Shown piece by piece: positions 60,964 to 64,000 of a stretch of 64,000 bases of DNA. Made by a program: the position numbers and the translations under genes. Within the stretch, counting starts at the first letter, position 1. Each line of letters opens with the position of its first letter. This DNA comes from Podospora anserina (Eukaryota): NCBI GenBank assembly GCA_017654855.1, contig CM030334.1, forward strand, positions 1,116,001-1,180,000. Direction: 5' to 3'. A model generated the notes under the pieces. The model had not been told where the DNA came from. It was given only the letters and a program-made list of their open reading frames with translations, and searched no databases.

Positions 60964-63346
60964 TTAACCGTGGAGACCGCAAGTGCGCTGGCGCATGAGT
61001 TCTCTTCTCGCGAGATCCTTGACTGTAGTTTGTGTCAGCAATGATACTTTGGTAAGTTACTGGAAAATAGAAGGTTACATACCACCGTCGTATGTGATGA
61101 ACTCGTGAAGAGCTGACCCACCGGGAACCATGGGGAGAACGGGAACCTTCTTGTCAGTGACAACCTCCAGAAGGGCTGGGCCATCAGTGTCAATCAGCCA
61201 CTGGAGAGCTTCCCGGGTCTCATCAGGCTTGATGAGACGCCTGTGCTGGATGCCCATGGCGTCGGCGAGCTTCATGAAGTCGGGGTTCTTCTGGTGAGTG
61301 TGGGAATAGCGATCCTCGTAGAAGAGGTTCTGCCATTGTGTAACCATGCCCTGCTCTTCGTTGTTCAGAACGATGATCTTGACGCCAATGTTGAACTGAG
61401 CAGCGGTGGAGAGCTCGGTAAGGGTCATGCCAAAGGAAGCATCACCGTCGATGTCGATGACAAGGGAATCTGGCTTAGCCACCTTGGCACCGATGGCGGC
61501 CGGCAGACCGTAGCCCATGGTACCGAGACCACCAGAGGTGATCATGGTGCGGGGATGTCTCCAGCGGAAGTGCTGAGCAGCCCACATCTGATGCTGGCCG
61601 ACACCAGTGGTGATGTAGGTGTTCTCCTTGCGGTCAGCTGTGAGGTTGCTGAGCTCCTCAATCAGTGTCTGAGGCTTGATCAAGCCCTCGCGGGCAGCAC
61701 GCTCGTAGTCAGAAAGAGGCCACTTCTTCTTCCACTCGTTAATCTGAGCGAACCACTCCTTTCTGTCAGCCATGGTCTTGCTCTCCACCTGGGGCAGGAG
61801 CAAGTCGAGGTTCTTGCCAAGATCACCCTCGATAGCCTCAGTGGCCTGCACGACCTTGTTGATGTTCTTGGGGAGGATCTCGAAGTGAATGATACCTCCG
61901 CGGTTCTCCTTCGCCGCAGCCTTAGCCGCTGGGGCAAACTTGGCAACACTACCGGTAACACGGTCATCGAAGCGGCCACCGAGAGCAATGATGAGATCAG
62001 CCTCCTGCATGGACATGTTGGCATAGGCTGAGCCGTGCATGCCGAGCATGTGGAGGGACTTCTCATCAAGCTCGTCGAAGGCACCGAGACCGTGAAGGGT
62101 CGTCGTCACGGGGATGGACGCCTTGTTCGCAAGCTCTCTGAGCAGCTCAACACCACGCTCCGAGCTAATGACACCTTGGCCAGCGTAGATGACAGGCTTC
62201 TTGGCGATGTTGACCAAGTGAGCCACACGCTTGATAGAAGCACGGAGCTGCTTCTCGCTGGCCTCGAGAGCGGCGCGGGAGGCAGCGCTGGGGAGCGACG
62301 GAATGGCGGGGGCCGTGGGAATAGCACGACGCAGAATACCAGCCGTCACGTCCTTGGGAAGATCCACGAGAACGGGACCAGGCCTTCCGCTGGTGGCAAT
62401 CTCGAAGGCCTCGTTGATTCTTTGAGGCAGCTCAGCGACATTCTTCACCATGACGTTCCACTTGGTGCAGGCGCGGGAGATGCCCACAACGTCGGCTTCT
62501 TGGAACGCATCGCTACCAATGGCTGTGGTAACGACCTGGCCGGTGAAAACGATCATGGGAGTACCGTCCGCAAGCGCATCAGCCATTGGTGTCACAACGT
62601 TGGTGGCACCAGGACCGGAAGTCACCAAGACGACACCGGGCTTGCCAGAAGCGCGGGCGTAACCCTGGGCCATGTGGCCAGCGCCCTGCTCGTGTCTGGG
62701 AAGGACAAAATCGAAATGTGGCGAGTTGTAGATGGCATCGAACACGGGAAGAATAGCACCGCCAGGGTAGCCGACTGTGTATAGTTAGCCAACTGTGCAA
62801 GTTTATGGGAGTAGGAGTAGAGACATACAAATGTGCTTGACGCCGTGTCTGAGCATCATCTCATGGAAGATCTCACCACCAGTCTTGCCGATAAACCTGT
62901 AGCGCATTTCGTGTTAACTATGCATACATATATATATATACATAGACGATCCTCATTTGTATAGTTGGGAGACATACGACTCGTCGACATCGTTCTTACG
63001 GGCGTTAGCCAGAGGTTGAACGTGATTGGGCTCGGCGTTGAATGATTGGGCGGGCTTTGCTCGTACGTCGCTGTATATAGGATGGAATTAGCCATTGTGT
63101 TTTTGTAGTGATGGTAGTGGTGAGTCACTACTAGTAGTAGTATGACTCCAAAGCCGACGATGGCGGTGGGACGACTTACGCAGCGGGCACCTTCGCGGCA
63201 GCCGATGTGGACTGATTCCTAACGTCTGATGGCCCATTACGGACACCTGTGATGGCAGAAGCCTTTTGTGTGAGGGAAGCAATTCGCTGTTGGCTAGGCC
63301 GAGTAGTGGCCAGCGCCTTGAGGGCGCGGCTGGTTTGACGGATCAT
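60964..63346 (-). CDS. ILV2: Acetolactate synthase catalytic subunit, mitochondrial
   Basis: FGYPGGAILPVFD, PRHEQGAGHMA, VTSGPGATN, TSGGLGTMGYGLPAAIG, TPP motif DIDGDASF..NN; presequence MIRQTSRALK. Four introns. Confidence 0.97.
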
Positions 63347-63552
63347 CACGAGAAGGTGACTGCGAAGAGACCGGAAGGAGAGCAGACGGCGGAGAGCGGG
63401 AGGTGGCGAGCTGTAAACTAGGAGAGCACACCTAGGTGAGAGGGACCTGAAGGTTATAGGAGTGGAAATAGGAAAGTTTTAGCTGTAACAGCGAGAACTG
63501 GCTATTAAACAGCAATGTAGAAAGATTCCAAAGTTCCTCTTGACGAGCCGAG

Positions 63553-63558
63553 GAGTCA
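63553..63558 (-). promoter_or_regulatory. TGACTC (CPC-1/Gcn4 cross-pathway control) element upstream of ILV2
   Basis: gagtca on the + strand ~210 nt upstream of the ATG of an amino-acid biosynthesis gene. Confidence 0.4.
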
Positions 63559-64000
63559 ATGGGTCTTGTTGGAGGCGGACGTGGTGGTTTTGAAAGAAAG
63601 AAACCCTGTCCTTGGCGGGAACGAGCAATCGGAGTGGTATGAGTCGTTGAATCTCAAATTTTTGGCCGTCGATTGTGGGGTAGAAAAGTGACTACACGGG
63701 TGGCACGGGCCTTATAGTGGCCCCTAGTGGCGATGTCGGAACTGCCCTGGAGCGCCCGATTTGCTGCCACGGCAAGCACACATGGCCACCGGCAGGCGGG
63801 ACGGCGCCTGGACCCTTTCACCTGCTTTTTAGAATAAGTTTCTAACCCGCCTAGAGGGTAGCCGTTGTTTCTTCTTTTGCCCTCGGCACCTTCCTGGAAC
63901 ATCATATCACGTTTCGAAACTTTCTTCTATGACAGTTCAGGCATCACACGACCAATTCATCCATCGTCTGGGAACACTGGACCATGACACCGTGGATCTT

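Noticed and set aside
61243-62784. 262-aa and 249-aa + strand ORFs
   Set aside because: Antisense shadows of ILV2.

Overview
This is eukaryotic, intron-containing genomic DNA from a filamentous ascomycete. The gene set, intron style, a RIP-scarred Fot1/pogo element with 53-bp TIRs and TAGGTA-rich intergenic DNA suggest a Sordariales fungus, probably Podospora (inference). About 21 protein-coding genes are supportable: a partial Zn2Cys6 TF, ASA1, a HAD phosphatase, a TPR protein, an orphan polyQ gene, ATG33-like, TMA20, an I78 inhibitor, a single-pass Cys-rich protein, NST1, RHO2, mitoribosomal mL40, ADE6, SGT2, a RINGv E3, galactokinase, an F-box/LRR-like protein, a LysM/CBM18/GH18 chitinase, a C2H2 protein and ILV2. 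There are also two tRNAs (Ser-CGA; Ala-TGC with a 71-nt intron), one complete but RIP-inactivated DNA transposon and several decayed gene remnants. The most interesting observation is the orphan gene at 9018-9947. It is one continuous reading frame broken only by a single in-frame TAG lying in a predicted hairpin loop, which makes it a candidate for sexual-stage A-to-I (UAG to UGG/Trp) premature-stop-codon correction. Exon boundaries were read by eye and are approximate; homology calls come from motif recognition, not database searches.
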